Part shown: piece by piece, positions 47,953 through 58,031 of the stretch
How positions within the stretch are numbered: the stretch's first letter is position 1
Layout of the letters: each line of letters opens with the position of its first letter
Origin: Cyanophyceae cyanobacterium
GTDB taxonomy: Bacteria > Cyanobacteriota > Cyanobacteriia > Cyanobacteriales > Laspinemataceae
Length of the DNA: 64,000 nucleotides
Assembly (NCBI GenBank): GCA_038321985.1
Contig: JBBQFN010000019.1
Coordinates: 42,042 to 106,041 of the forward strand
Direction: 5' to 3'
Program-made: the position numbers and the translations under genes
The notes under the pieces: model-generated
Told to the model about the DNA's origin: nothing
The model's database searches: none
What the model saw: only the letters and a program-made list of their open reading frames with translations

Positions 47953-50148
47953 ATGAGTCCAGATAACTATTCTCAATCTTTATTCTCCCACCAAGATGGT
48001 GAGTTGCGGTATCAGTCTTTTCCACCCCCCTATAAAACAAAGCCAGCAGAAACAGGTAGAGATGAAGAGCAAGTCATCAAGGAGCTAGGAAAACTTTTAG
48101 CAGCAGCTAAAAGAAGATTACTTGTCATTGGAGCTGTAACGGTTGGAGTCAGTGCTGCCTTATTATTTCAACTATCAAAACGACCTCCCATTTATAGTGG
48201 CAGTTTTCAGCTTTTAGTAGAGCCAGTGACGACCTCAGAAAGCCGTTTACAAGCTTTATTGTCCCAAACCGAAGGAAACAAATTTGCCACGATAAATGGA
48301 AAAGACTTTGGATTAGACTATGCCACTCAGATTCGCGTGTTGAAAAGTCCCAAGGTGATGAGTCCTATTATGAATAATATTAGACAAAGATATCCCGATG
48401 TAACACCCGAAGATATCCTTGTTCAACGACCTTTCGATGAAAATGAGGGAACTAGAATTTTAGCGGTCAATTATTATCATGGCGACCCACAAAGGGTTCG
48501 GTTTGTACTAGAGCAAGTGGCCGAAGGGTATTTGACTTATAGCCGGGAATCTCGCTTGACTAATCTTCGCCAGGGAATTCAGTTTATTGAAGGACAAATT
48601 CCTGGTTTTCGGGAACGAGTTGATATTATTCAAGAACAACTACAAAATTTACGGGAAGAGTACGATCTGATCAATCCGGACTTTCAAAGTAGAAAGCTTG
48701 TAGAGCAAAGCCAGTTTATAGAATCCACTCGTATGGAAAACGAAGCCAAACTCGCTGAAGCTCGCTCCCGTTATGGGACGCTGAAAAAATTGTTTGATGA
48801 AGGTAATGTAGCGGCTGTTTTGAGTCAGGATGTGGGAGCTTATTCCCCTTTAATAAAACAGATGCACGACCTTCAGGCTGAAACTACAGCAGCGGAAGCA
48901 AGATTGCAAGAAGAACACCCCGTGCTCAGAGGGTTACGCGAACAGCAGGGCGCTCTGCGTTTGCAGGTTATTAGAGAAGCCAGAAGCGTTTTGGAAAAAG
49001 TACAAGGAGAATTTCAATCTTTAGAAGAACGTCAAAAAATTATTATCTCCTCTGAAAATATTATCAATCAAAAATCGAATTTACTTCCATCGGTGATGCG
49101 GCAACATGATGATTTTCAGCGGGAACTCCTACTTGCGACTGAGACACTTAATCAATATTTATCAAAATTAGATGGATTGAAAATTGATGCTGCCCAGCAG
49201 GAAGTACCCTGGGAAATGATTGCTCCTCCTGGTCCTCCTCAACCGGGTGCAACGGCTAATAGAAAAACTAAAATTTTAACAGTAATTGTTGGATTGGTTA
49301 TGGGAATAGGGACTGCTTTTATCCTCGAAATTCTCAACAATGTATTCCATTCTCCTGAAGAAATCGAAGATGAAACTAGACTACCCTTATTGGGGGTCAT
49401 TCCGTTATCCAAGCAACTCAAGAAAGTCTCTCGGGTTTCTAGTCAACCCAGAAAGAAAGTTTTGCCCGTTAGTTCGGGGGGCGGTTCGAGCCTTGGATCA
49501 TCTATTTCTTTGTCTAGTAGCTATGCTACCTTAACTCACCCTTATGAGGTTTCTCCCTTTTTAGAGGCTTTTCGTTCTCTCTATACAAATATCCGCTTGC
49601 TGCGTCCTGAACAACCTATCCGCTCTTTAGTGATTGGCGCAGCAACACCAGGAGAAGGGAAATCTATCGTAGCTTTACACTTAGCACAGACAGCAGCAAC
49701 AATGGGTCAGCGCGTATTGTTGGTGGACGCAGATCTCCGTCGCCCTAAGATTCATACAAAAGTAGGCTTACCTAATTTTCGGGGACTCAGCGATACAATT
49801 TCTACCGACCTCAGTCTTAATGACGCCATTCAGCAATCTCCATTGGATGAAAATCTTTTTATTTTGACGTCGGGCTCTCTACCAGCCCACCCGGTCAAGC
49901 TGCTGTCTTCCAAAAAAATGGTTTCTCTCATGGAACAATTTCAAGACTTTTTTGATTTAGTGATCTATGACACACCACCGCTGGTAGGTCTCGCCGACGC
50001 TAGCATTATTTCGGCTCAAGCCGATGGACTTATTATGGTGGTAAAAGTTGATAAAACTGACCGAACCTTGGTGACGAAAGCATTAGAGGGATTACATATT
50101 GCTGGCTCTTCCGTTCTGGGACTTGTTGCAAATGGTAATAAAAGGTAA
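47953..50148 (+). CDS. wzc: Wzc/GumC polysaccharide co-polymerase with BY-kinase domain
   Basis: Two TM segments flank a coiled-coil periplasmic domain; EAFRSL, Walker A PGEGKS, DADLRRP, Walker B IYDTPP. Confidence 0.9.
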   Translation: MSPDNYSQSLFSHQDGELRYQSFPPPYKTKPAETGRDEEQVIKELGKLLAAAKRRLLVIGAVTVGVSAALLFQLSKRPPIYSGSFQLLVEPVTTSESRLQALLSQTEGNKFATINGKDFGLDYATQIRVLKSPKVMSPIMNNIRQRYPDVTPEDILVQRPFDENEGTRILAVNYYHGDPQRVRFVLEQVAEGYLTYSRESRLTNLRQGIQFIEGQIPGFRERVDIIQEQLQNLREEYDLINPDFQSRKLVEQSQFIESTRMENEAKLAEARSRYGTLKKLFDEGNVAAVLSQDVGAYSPLIKQMHDLQAETTAAEARLQEEHPVLRGLREQQGALRLQVIREARSVLEKVQGEFQSLEERQKIIISSENIINQKSNLLPSVMRQHDDFQRELLLATETLNQYLSKLDGLKIDAAQQEVPWEMIAPPGPPQPGATANRKTKILTVIVGLVMGIGTAFILEILNNVFHSPEEIEDETRLPLLGVIPLSKQLKKVSRVSSQPRKKVLPVSSGGGSSLGSSISLSSSYATLTHPYEVSPFLEAFRSLYTNIRLLRPEQPIRSLVIGAATPGEGKSIVALHLAQTAATMGQRVLLVDADLRRPKIHTKVGLPNFRGLSDTISTDLSLNDAIQQSPLDENLFILTSGSLPAHPVKLLSSKKMVSLMEQFQDFFDLVIYDTPPLVGLADASIISAQADGLIMVVKVDKTDRTLVTKALEGLHIAGSSVLGLVANGNKR

Positions 50149-50704
50149 TTTTTTAATACTCAGATAAAGCTTAGGGTTTGCGGATTACTAAGAGTGCTGA
50201 GTTGTTTATTCATGCTCCCTAATAATTTTTCTAATCTGCTCCCGAGGAGTGCGTCGTAGGTGAATCTTCTCAACGATTGAAGTGGTTACTTCTGCGCCCT
50301 TATTGAACCCCTATTTCTTCCTTAACTTTTAAATCAGGGGGTGGGCCGTTCTAAGGGGTAGACTCCTTTAAAACCAAGAGTGGCCTAATATTCTACGTGA
50401 TAGCTTAGGTATTTAGGGCATCTTTTGTTATTCTTTATAGGAAATCTCCCACATTTCACTCAGTAGCAATCTGTACTGGAGTCAGGTGTTGTTGGTCATC
50501 TCCAGGAGGGGGCTACATTCCTCCTGTTTGGTATTTCTCTAACAATCACTGAACTGTATAGAAGGAAACTCGATGACACAGGACAACGATGTGGGTTAAT
50601 TACTCTCACTATTCCGAGATGTTATTTAGGTGAACCTGCTGTGCAAACGGCTCAACGGAAAAGCTTAATACGGCTGCTATTACTTAAAATGGAGAGTCAG
50701 ATCA

Positions 50705-51832
50705 ATGCGAGTCGCTTTGTTAACCAACTTCATTCCCCCCTATCGGTTGCCTCTTTACAAAGCGATCGCTGAACGATTGGATGAGTTTGAGGTCTTCATA
50801 TCAACGCCGATGGAACAAAATCGTAGTTGGACGCCTTCGTGGGAAGGACTCAAAGTGCGGGTACAAAAAAACTTGACCCTCCGGCGCACGTGGAATCATC
50901 CTCATGGGTTTTCTGAACCTTTGTACGTGCATATACCCTACGATACCCTCTGGTTATTGAAGCAATACCAACCCGATGTGATTATTTCAGGGGAAATGGG
51001 ATTACGAACTCTGCAAGCCTTATTCTATCGAAAATTGAATCCCCAAAGTCGTTTAATTTTGTGGGCCACGGTTTCTGAATATAGCGAAAAAGGGCGGGGG
51101 CAACTGAGAGAAGGCTTACGACGTACTCTCGTCCCCCAGGCCGATGCACTACTGGTCAACGGTCACAGTGGCGCTCGCTACATCAGCCAGTTTGGTGTAC
51201 CGGAAGATCATATTTTTTTTGCTCCCTATACCACTAATATCACCCCTTTTCTGAAAATTCCTTTTGCCAGAGAACTTAATGTGGCTTACCGGCTGCTTTA
51301 TGTCGGTCAATTGGTTGAGCGCAAGGGTCTTAACCAATTTTTATCAACGGTGGAAACCTGGGTGCGGGCGCATCCAGAACGGAAATTAGAATTTTTGCTA
51401 GTTGGGGACGGGCCCCTACGAAGTTCCCTGGAACAAAAAGTTTGGCCGCCAAATCTGGCTGTCCAATTTCTAGGGGATGTGTTGTATGATCGGCTGCCGG
51501 AATTTTATGCGCAAGCGGGGGTTTTTGTGTTCCCGACTTTAGCAGACGAATGGGGGTTAGTGACGAATGAGGCAATGGCGGCTGGATTGCCTGTGCTAGG
51601 TAGCTTGTACGGCCAGTCGGTGGAAGAGTTAGTGCATGATGGTGTAACTGGATGGACTTTTCGACCGGATCAACCAGAGGAAATGTACCGCGCACTAGAC
51701 CGAGCGCTTTCTACGCCAATCGAGGAGTTGGAAGTTATCCGGGGCCATGCTCGCGATCGGATCGCTCACATTACTCCTGAATTTGTGGCAGATCAATGTC
51801 TAAAAGCCATTCGTTATGTGTCGAAAGCATGA
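50705..51832 (+). CDS. Glycosyltransferase family 4
   Basis: TNFIPPYR, YVGQLVERKG, DEWGLVTNEAMAAGLPV. Confidence 0.92.
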   Translation: MRVALLTNFIPPYRLPLYKAIAERLDEFEVFISTPMEQNRSWTPSWEGLKVRVQKNLTLRRTWNHPHGFSEPLYVHIPYDTLWLLKQYQPDVIISGEMGLRTLQALFYRKLNPQSRLILWATVSEYSEKGRGQLREGLRRTLVPQADALLVNGHSGARYISQFGVPEDHIFFAPYTTNITPFLKIPFARELNVAYRLLYVGQLVERKGLNQFLSTVETWVRAHPERKLEFLLVGDGPLRSSLEQKVWPPNLAVQFLGDVLYDRLPEFYAQAGVFVFPTLADEWGLVTNEAMAAGLPVLGSLYGQSVEELVHDGVTGWTFRPDQPEEMYRALDRALSTPIEELEVIRGHARDRIAHITPEFVADQCLKAIRYVSKA

Positions 51833-52246
51833 AGAAGAAGGGGCCAACTTCACAGGGCGATCACTTTTTTAACTTGGTTTCCTCTTTTTCCCCAGGTGGA
51901 CATTACGGTAGACGGTACTGAGGGTTTAACAGTCCTCTTGTAGGGTGGAAAATTAGCCATCAAGATGGCGCTCCATAGATTTAATCGGTGAGGAAAAGTC
52001 AGCTTGTTATAAAGCAACGTGGGACAGCAGCAGTCCAATCGCTCAAAATCCCTTGCTCGCTGATTATTTTTTCCTCTTTCACTTCATCTAGGGACTTACC
52101 GCTTTTCTTTTCCCGTTGGAGATAGGAAGTTCACCTACTTGGATGGACGTGCAGGATTAGTTTAAAGGTTCTTTAGAGGAGGTTAAAGCCAGCGATGTTT
52201 AACTAGATCTATGGGTCAATATGACTAAGTTTAAGGAGAAACTGAT

Positions 52247-53551
52247 GTGATTCAAATAAAACGCACAATCTTTCATTTCGTGTTGTTGTTATTTCTGTCT
52301 ACCGGACTGGTGGTAGCAGTTAATGCTAGGGCAAATTTCGGGATTCAGCTTCGCCTAGAACCCCCAAGTTCTCAAATTTCCGACAATTTATTTGGTATGC
52401 ATCTCCACCATGTCGCAACGCTGCCCACGTATCGAGTAGACCCTCCGATCACTACAAAAACACCGTGGCCCGCTGTTCCTTTTGGGGGGTGGCGCTTATG
52501 GGATGCTTATGTAGCATGGCCTTGGTTGGAGCCCAAGAAAGGAGAATGGAATTTTGAAGTATTAGATAACGCTGTAGCACTAGCTGAGGAACAGGGGGTG
52601 GAAGTTCTTCTCCCCCTAGCTTTAACCCCTACTTGGGCTTCTGCACGGCCAACAGAGCGGTCTACCTACGGTCCGGGTTTGGCAGCGGAACCTAAGAACA
52701 TGGAGGACTGGCGCAACTACATTCGCACGGTTGCAACCCGCTATAAGGGCCGCATTCGATACTATGAACTCTGGAACGAACCCAATCGTAAGGGCGTATA
52801 TACTGGAAGTTTGGAAGAGCTGTTGAGGCTATTTCAAGAAGCTTATCAAATTCTCAAAGAGGTAGACCCTTTAAACATTGTTGTGGGTCCGGCTACTAGT
52901 AACGATCGCTTTGACGGGGTGTCCTGGTTGGATAAATATCTGGAAAGCGGTGGTGGCAACTACACGGATGTAATTTCTTATCACTTTTATGTAGGGGCAC
53001 ACCTACCACCGGAAGAAATGGTTACGCTGATTAAGAGAGTGCAAGATGTAAAAGCCAAGTATGGCTACCGGGAAAAGCCTCTGTGGAATACGGAAGCGGG
53101 ATGGCCCCATGGAACAACTTTCTCTGATGATGAAGCGGCTGCTTACGTCGCACGCGCTTATATTTTAAATTGGGCCGCAGGGATTAGTCGGTTTTATTGG
53201 TATGCATGGGATAATCATACCTGGGTTAGCTTATATATGGTTGAGCAGGCTGATAGAAAAACTTTAAAATCGGCTGCGATCGCTTACAAAGAAGTCCAAA
53301 AATGGCTGGTAGGAAAACGAATGGACCGCTGCCAGTTAGATCAAACCAATACTTGGACCTGCCAGTTGACTGGAGAAGGAAACTATCGCGCTTGGATCCT
53401 GTGGAATCCCGTGGGTCCAGAGAACTTTCGACTTCCTCGTAACTGGGAAGTAGAGCAGCTTAGGGATTTGGCCGGTGACAAAAGATCGCTCTCTGCTGAC
53501 CGCCTTGAGATAGGTCCATCACCTTTATTGTTGGAGCATTTTAATTCCTAA
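52247..53551 (+). CDS. Secreted clan GH-A glycoside hydrolase (GH39/GH5-like)
   Basis: Signal peptide; W..LEP.KGEW.F, YELWNEP (acid/base), SYHFY, LWNTEAG (nucleophile). Confidence 0.8.
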   Translation: MIQIKRTIFHFVLLLFLSTGLVVAVNARANFGIQLRLEPPSSQISDNLFGMHLHHVATLPTYRVDPPITTKTPWPAVPFGGWRLWDAYVAWPWLEPKKGEWNFEVLDNAVALAEEQGVEVLLPLALTPTWASARPTERSTYGPGLAAEPKNMEDWRNYIRTVATRYKGRIRYYELWNEPNRKGVYTGSLEELLRLFQEAYQILKEVDPLNIVVGPATSNDRFDGVSWLDKYLESGGGNYTDVISYHFYVGAHLPPEEMVTLIKRVQDVKAKYGYREKPLWNTEAGWPHGTTFSDDEAAAYVARAYILNWAAGISRFYWYAWDNHTWVSLYMVEQADRKTLKSAAIAYKEVQKWLVGKRMDRCQLDQTNTWTCQLTGEGNYRAWILWNPVGPENFRLPRNWEVEQLRDLAGDKRSLSADRLEIGPSPLLLEHFNS

Positions 53552-53709
53552 AACAGAATTAATCTTCTTTCTCTCCACTCCCAAGCGAGCCAAAGATGAT
53601 GCTTCCTCCAGATACCAGAGACCTAGTTTGTTATAATCGTTGTAAATAAAAACTGGGATTGAATCCAAAATAGTCTGATAAGCGCAAGTCGTAATAGACA
53701 TAAGTAAGG

Positions 53710-54603
53710 ATGACACCAATGGAAAGTCAAACCATCGCAGTTCTCATGACTTGCCATAACCGTCGGGAAAAGACCTTGGGGAGTCTCGCGGCACTTTTGA
53801 GTCAAGAACTACCTATACAGGTAAAACTAGCGGTTTATTTAGTGGATGATGCTAGCACTGACAATACCGCCGAAGCTGTCAAACAATCTTATCCAGAAAT
53901 TCAAATCATTCCTGGAAACGGGAGTTTATTTTGGAATGGTGGAATGCGGCGTGCCTTTACGGAAGCAATCTCCTCGGATCCCGATTTCTATTTGTGGCTT
54001 AACGATGATACCGTGCTTTACCCCACAGCACTGAGTAAATTAATCTCTACTTACGAGGGTTTAGAGGAGCAGGCCCAATCCACTGGTATCATCGTCGGCT
54101 CGACCCGTGACGAGAAGACAGGCAATCTTACCTACGGCGGTATGGTGCGAAAAACCTGGTGGCATCCCTTAAAATTTTGCTTGTTAGAACCTACGAAACA
54201 AGCTCAACCCTGCCAGACCATGAATGGTAACTCTGTGCTGATCCCCCGAGCGATCGCCCAAGTTGTTGGCAACCTCGATCCCAACTTCGTCCATAGCATA
54301 GGAGACATGGACTATGGTTTGCGAGTCCTACAGCATGGCTACTCAGTTTGGCTGGCCCCAGGCTATGTCGGCACCTGCTCTACCCATCTGGTACAAGATG
54401 ATTTTTGGGAAAATCAAGATTTGACTTGGCATCAGCGGTTAAAAAAAGTCAGAGGCTCTAAAGGGTTACCCATCAGGGAATGGAAAGTCTTTACACAGCG
54501 CCATGCCGGCCCGTTATGGCCAATTTATTGGGGCCTTCCATATGCCAGGCTCCTTTTAGCTGCACTCTTCGGTGGAAAAATGGGAAGTCAGATTAATACA
54601 TGA
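53710..54603 (+). CDS. Glycosyltransferase family 2
   Basis: TCHNRR, VDDAS, GSLFWNGGM, WLNDDT, NGNSVL, GDMDYG. Confidence 0.9.
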   Translation: MTPMESQTIAVLMTCHNRREKTLGSLAALLSQELPIQVKLAVYLVDDASTDNTAEAVKQSYPEIQIIPGNGSLFWNGGMRRAFTEAISSDPDFYLWLNDDTVLYPTALSKLISTYEGLEEQAQSTGIIVGSTRDEKTGNLTYGGMVRKTWWHPLKFCLLEPTKQAQPCQTMNGNSVLIPRAIAQVVGNLDPNFVHSIGDMDYGLRVLQHGYSVWLAPGYVGTCSTHLVQDDFWENQDLTWHQRLKKVRGSKGLPIREWKVFTQRHAGPLWPIYWGLPYARLLLAALFGGKMGSQINT

Positions 54604-54726
54604 TTAATCACCAGGAAATGAACAGATTGAACACAGTGGCAAAAAAATCACAGTAGAGTTGAATTAGCGATAGTCTCCCCAACAAATTGTTAGTTGACTT
54701 TGTGGCTGGTGCAAAGGCTTCTTTTA

Positions 54727-54781
54727 ATGTTATTTGACCTCTCTACACCAGCAACCCTACTATAGAGAGGTCAAATAACAT
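54727..54781. repeat. Perfect 19-bp inverted repeat with 17-nt loop
   Basis: ATGTTATTTGACCTCTCTA (54727-54745) and TAGAGAGGTCAAATAACAT (54763-54781). Confidence 0.85.
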
Positions 54782-55400
54782 AATCAGCCATTATAGGCGG
54801 GGGCAAATGGTCGGATGTCGGGCCATTCTCTCGTCCTATCACGCACCCAATCAATCCTGCCTACTCCCAAAGCCCAAGTCTGTATAGGAGCAGAACGGCA
54901 GCATCAGTTACTAGAATAAATATCGGGCCAGGTAACTAATCCCCATCGTTTTTTAGAAAGAGCTAAATTAGTATTATTGGAGGGAAAGCGCATCTTAATC
55001 AGGCTTAACACAAGGATTTAAAAATAAGCCTTATGTACTCATGACTCCTTGGTGCCCGTTTTTTTTGTTGCAAACTACACTTAAGAGTGGTTTCTTGATT
55101 GAGGGCATTAAGGGACATCCCTGTGAATACAGTCAAGTTGCGAGGGCTATTCAACGATTTAACGATCTTACGGGAAATTTATCTTGATTGAAAGTCACCT
55201 TTAAAAGCCAATCTTCTTTATTTTTAAGCGTCCAATGTTCCGGAATAATCTTAGCCGGAAACTGGGTATCTCCGGTTAAAAACTGAGATAAAACTGGATT
55301 TTGTGAGTAGTTTTATTCCCCTTGTAACAAAAATATTCGAGTATAATAATAGTCACAACACCCCTTCAGATTGGATGTTAAACTCAAGAAATATAAACCC

Positions 55401-55437
55401 AAAAAATAAATGATGCCACCTCTGAATGAAGTGGCAT
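55401..55437 (-). terminator. Probable terminator of the PEP-CTERM gene
   Basis: ATGCCAC...GTGGCAT hairpin followed on the - strand by a T-rich run (TTTATTTTTT). Confidence 0.5.
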
Positions 55438-55556
55438 AAATTCGTTTTCAATATTCGTGATGATACCTGGTTCAACCTAGATCCAGGGAAATGAAACTCT
55501 CGGATCCAGATGCTTTGTTTAACTGTAAGGCTCTTAGGAAAATTTTGCCAACCCGA

Positions 55557-56360
55557 TTAGGAAACTTTGCCTTCTGTTTTGCGACGACGGGATGATAGGG
55601 CCATGCATCCGGCAAACATTCCTAAACCGAGCATCGTGGCGGGTTCTGGTACAGAGACTTCATCAACGACTTGAGCTGTGAACAAAAAGTCATTGAAATC
55701 TCGGTGGAATCCGGCGGTACTACCCGTCGAAGGGTTCCGAATCCCATTATCCTCGAAAGCTATCAGACCCTTCATGCCCAGGGATAGAGTAGCGCTAGTT
55801 CCTGATGCTTTTGCCAAAATACTTTGAGTGGAATCGGTTATACCGCTCCCTGCAAAGGCTTTCTGGTATTTGTAAGACACATCATCTAGGACTGAGAGGT
55901 CGCTGAAAAACTTGGCTTGCTGTCCAAACTCTACCCAATTGGCATTTTGATTCAACGAAGTTGTCGAGTAGACGGTGGGGCTTGTGACATTGTTGGCTGA
56001 ACCCAGGACGAAATAGTATTCGTGACCTTTTAAAAACGTGAACTGTGTCTGAATGGACTGGATGTCTTGTAGGGAGGTGGCATTATCCAGGACCCCTTTA
56101 GTGTCCCAACCATTGCCCCCTGTGCTAGAACCCACAGTTTCCGAAAATAGGTCAAACTGTTGTTTTTTGGTGACATTAAAGATGCTAACTTTTGACTGGA
56201 ACGCACCGTAACTGCCCTTCCACCCAAATTCCACGGTACTTCCGTCGCCTTGGATATAGTTAGTCGTGTTGAAGGTAATGGCATTCGCAGGTGCTGCATA
56301 GGCCATGCCGACCAGGGTTGCTGTCGCTGCTACACATAAAATTTGTTGTTGTACTTTCAT
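55557..56360 (-). CDS. PEP-CTERM sorting domain protein
   Basis: Signal peptide ending APANA; AFEDNG...DFNDFLF motif; C-terminal VPEP + hydrophobic helix + RRRK. Confidence 0.9.
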   Translation of the reverse strand: MKVQQQILCVAATATLVGMAYAAPANAITFNTTNYIQGDGSTVEFGWKGSYGAFQSKVSIFNVTKKQQFDLFSETVGSSTGGNGWDTKGVLDNATSLQDIQSIQTQFTFLKGHEYYFVLGSANNVTSPTVYSTTSLNQNANWVEFGQQAKFFSDLSVLDDVSYKYQKAFAGSGITDSTQSILAKASGTSATLSLGMKGLIAFEDNGIRNPSTGSTAGFHRDFNDFLFTAQVVDEVSVPEPATMLGLGMFAGCMALSSRRRKTEGKVS

Positions 56361-56584
56361 TTTTAGCCTCTGTTCCTTATTGCCTATGGATACAAGCAAG
56401 AAACTTAACTGCCTGTAAAGCGGTATTGTATCCGTTTTGGTAGATAGAACTAGACGGGGACCCTATTCATATAGCGGCCAAGCTGATTCTTGTTTCTACT
56501 CTTCTTTTATTAAGGCACTAAACTCCAAATGTTTCTACGATCCAGATCACAGCTTTAAGCAATCTTTAAAATTCTACCCCGTTT

Positions 56585-56598
56585 CCGTAAACTTACGG
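56585..56598. promoter_or_regulatory. Palindromic candidate operator upstream of the PEP-CTERM gene
   Basis: CCGTAA-AC-TTACGG, about 225 bp upstream of the start codon. Confidence 0.35.
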
Positions 56599-57119
56599 TT
56601 ACCCGGAAAATTTCCATAGATTATTTATTTACAAAAAGAATAAAGTTATCTCTTTTTTAAGCCCATGTTGATTGGATTCCATTTGGCAAATTTGAAGTTG
56701 ATTTCTGTACAGAGGAGGAGAGATGGCGCACTCTCATCATCTGTACAATCGCCTTCTGGCACAATCCTAGGGCAGGTTGTAATGTAGTGGCCTACATTTT
56801 GTAAAAGCACCCTATTACAGAGGGAGCGACTAGGTGGGTTAGTTTAAGATCTTGATGAAAATAAGCACGGATAGCTTGTCGGTGGAAAGAAGCCCTGTGA
56901 TAGCTTTACCCGAATGAAAAATCGGCCGAGCTTTTAGGGTATTGTCACCCAGATGCCTCACTTCCAGATTTCTTTAGTAGCAAAGTGCGGATAATTTTGT
57001 TTTGTAGTGGCAGGGAATGAAGTCTAGGAATAGGGTCCAAGAGATCACGATGTGCGCTTGACGATCGCTCTTGGGGAAAGAGCGACCCAGCACACTTCGC
57101 TTTCCTTTACTTGTCTATG

Positions 57120-58031
57120 TTATGACTGCTGTTCACCCCGGTTTTCACTCCCTTGCGATCGCCGTTCTTCTGCCGTAGCCATCACCTCATCCATTTTTTC
57201 TAAAATCTCCCCAGGATAATTCTCTAACACCTTCGTAGACAAAGAAATCCGGCCTTTCCACTCATCAAGCTCCGCAATCACTACTTTAATCGGTTGCCCA
57301 ATCTGAAATACCGTATGGAGAGACGCCACATACTTTTGGCTAATCTGATTGATATGGAGTAACCCCGTTACGCCATTGAGATCTACAAAGACCCCAAAGG
57401 GCTTAAGTCCAACCACTTCACCTTCCACCAGTTGACCTGTTTGCAGTTGGCCCATTCGTTTGGCGCGAGCTTGTAAGCGCTGAGATAGCACCAGTTTATT
57501 CCGATCGCGATCAGCCTCCAAAATCGTGGCACTCAAATTCTGCCCGATTAGCTGGTCTAAATTACCCCGTTCGCTCAGGTGCGATCGCGGAATAAAACCA
57601 CGCAATCCTTCCACATTAACCGTAACCCCACCCTTATTCACTCCGATTACCCGCACTGGCACCGATTCATTACTCTCTTGTACCTGCGCTAAGCGCTCCC
57701 AGACTTTCTGGAGTTCCATCTGGCGAATCGATACCTTAACTTGACCTTCGTCATTCGGTTCGCTGACGATCAAAAAGTCTCGTTCCTCGTCAATCGGTAC
57801 CACTTCCGCCAGATTACTGACTGGCTTTACAGACGCTTCGGCTAGGGGGAGAAAAGCCGCCGATTTGCCCCCAATATCAATATAAGCCCCTTCAGGAACA
57901 TATTCAAATGCCTTACCACGGACTTTCTGACCTTTACGAAAGTCATAATCTTGTTGTTCGAGGGCTTTAGCAAAATCCTCAGCAGAAAAAGAAGGTTGGG
58001 CCTTTTGAGAACTGGATGAGTTAGAATTCAT
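57120..58031 (-). CDS. rps1b: S1 RNA-binding protein, ribosomal protein S1 homolog B
   Basis: Three S1 domains: GAYIDIGGKSAAFLP, NKGGV.V.VEGLRGFIPRSH, FGVFVDL.GVTGLLHI.QIS. Confidence 0.88.
   Translation of the reverse strand: MNSNSSSSQKAQPSFSAEDFAKALEQQDYDFRKGQKVRGKAFEYVPEGAYIDIGGKSAAFLPLAEASVKPVSNLAEVVPIDEERDFLIVSEPNDEGQVKVSIRQMELQKVWERLAQVQESNESVPVRVIGVNKGGVTVNVEGLRGFIPRSHLSERGNLDQLIGQNLSATILEADRDRNKLVLSQRLQARAKRMGQLQTGQLVEGEVVGLKPFGVFVDLNGVTGLLHINQISQKYVASLHTVFQIGQPIKVVIAELDEWKGRISLSTKVLENYPGEILEKMDEVMATAEERRSQGSENRGEQQS

Noticed and set aside
50149..50704. Possible riboswitch in the 555-bp gap between wzc and the GT4 gene
   Set aside because: No convincing match to c-di-GMP or other riboswitch consensus by eye; an Rfam scan would be needed.
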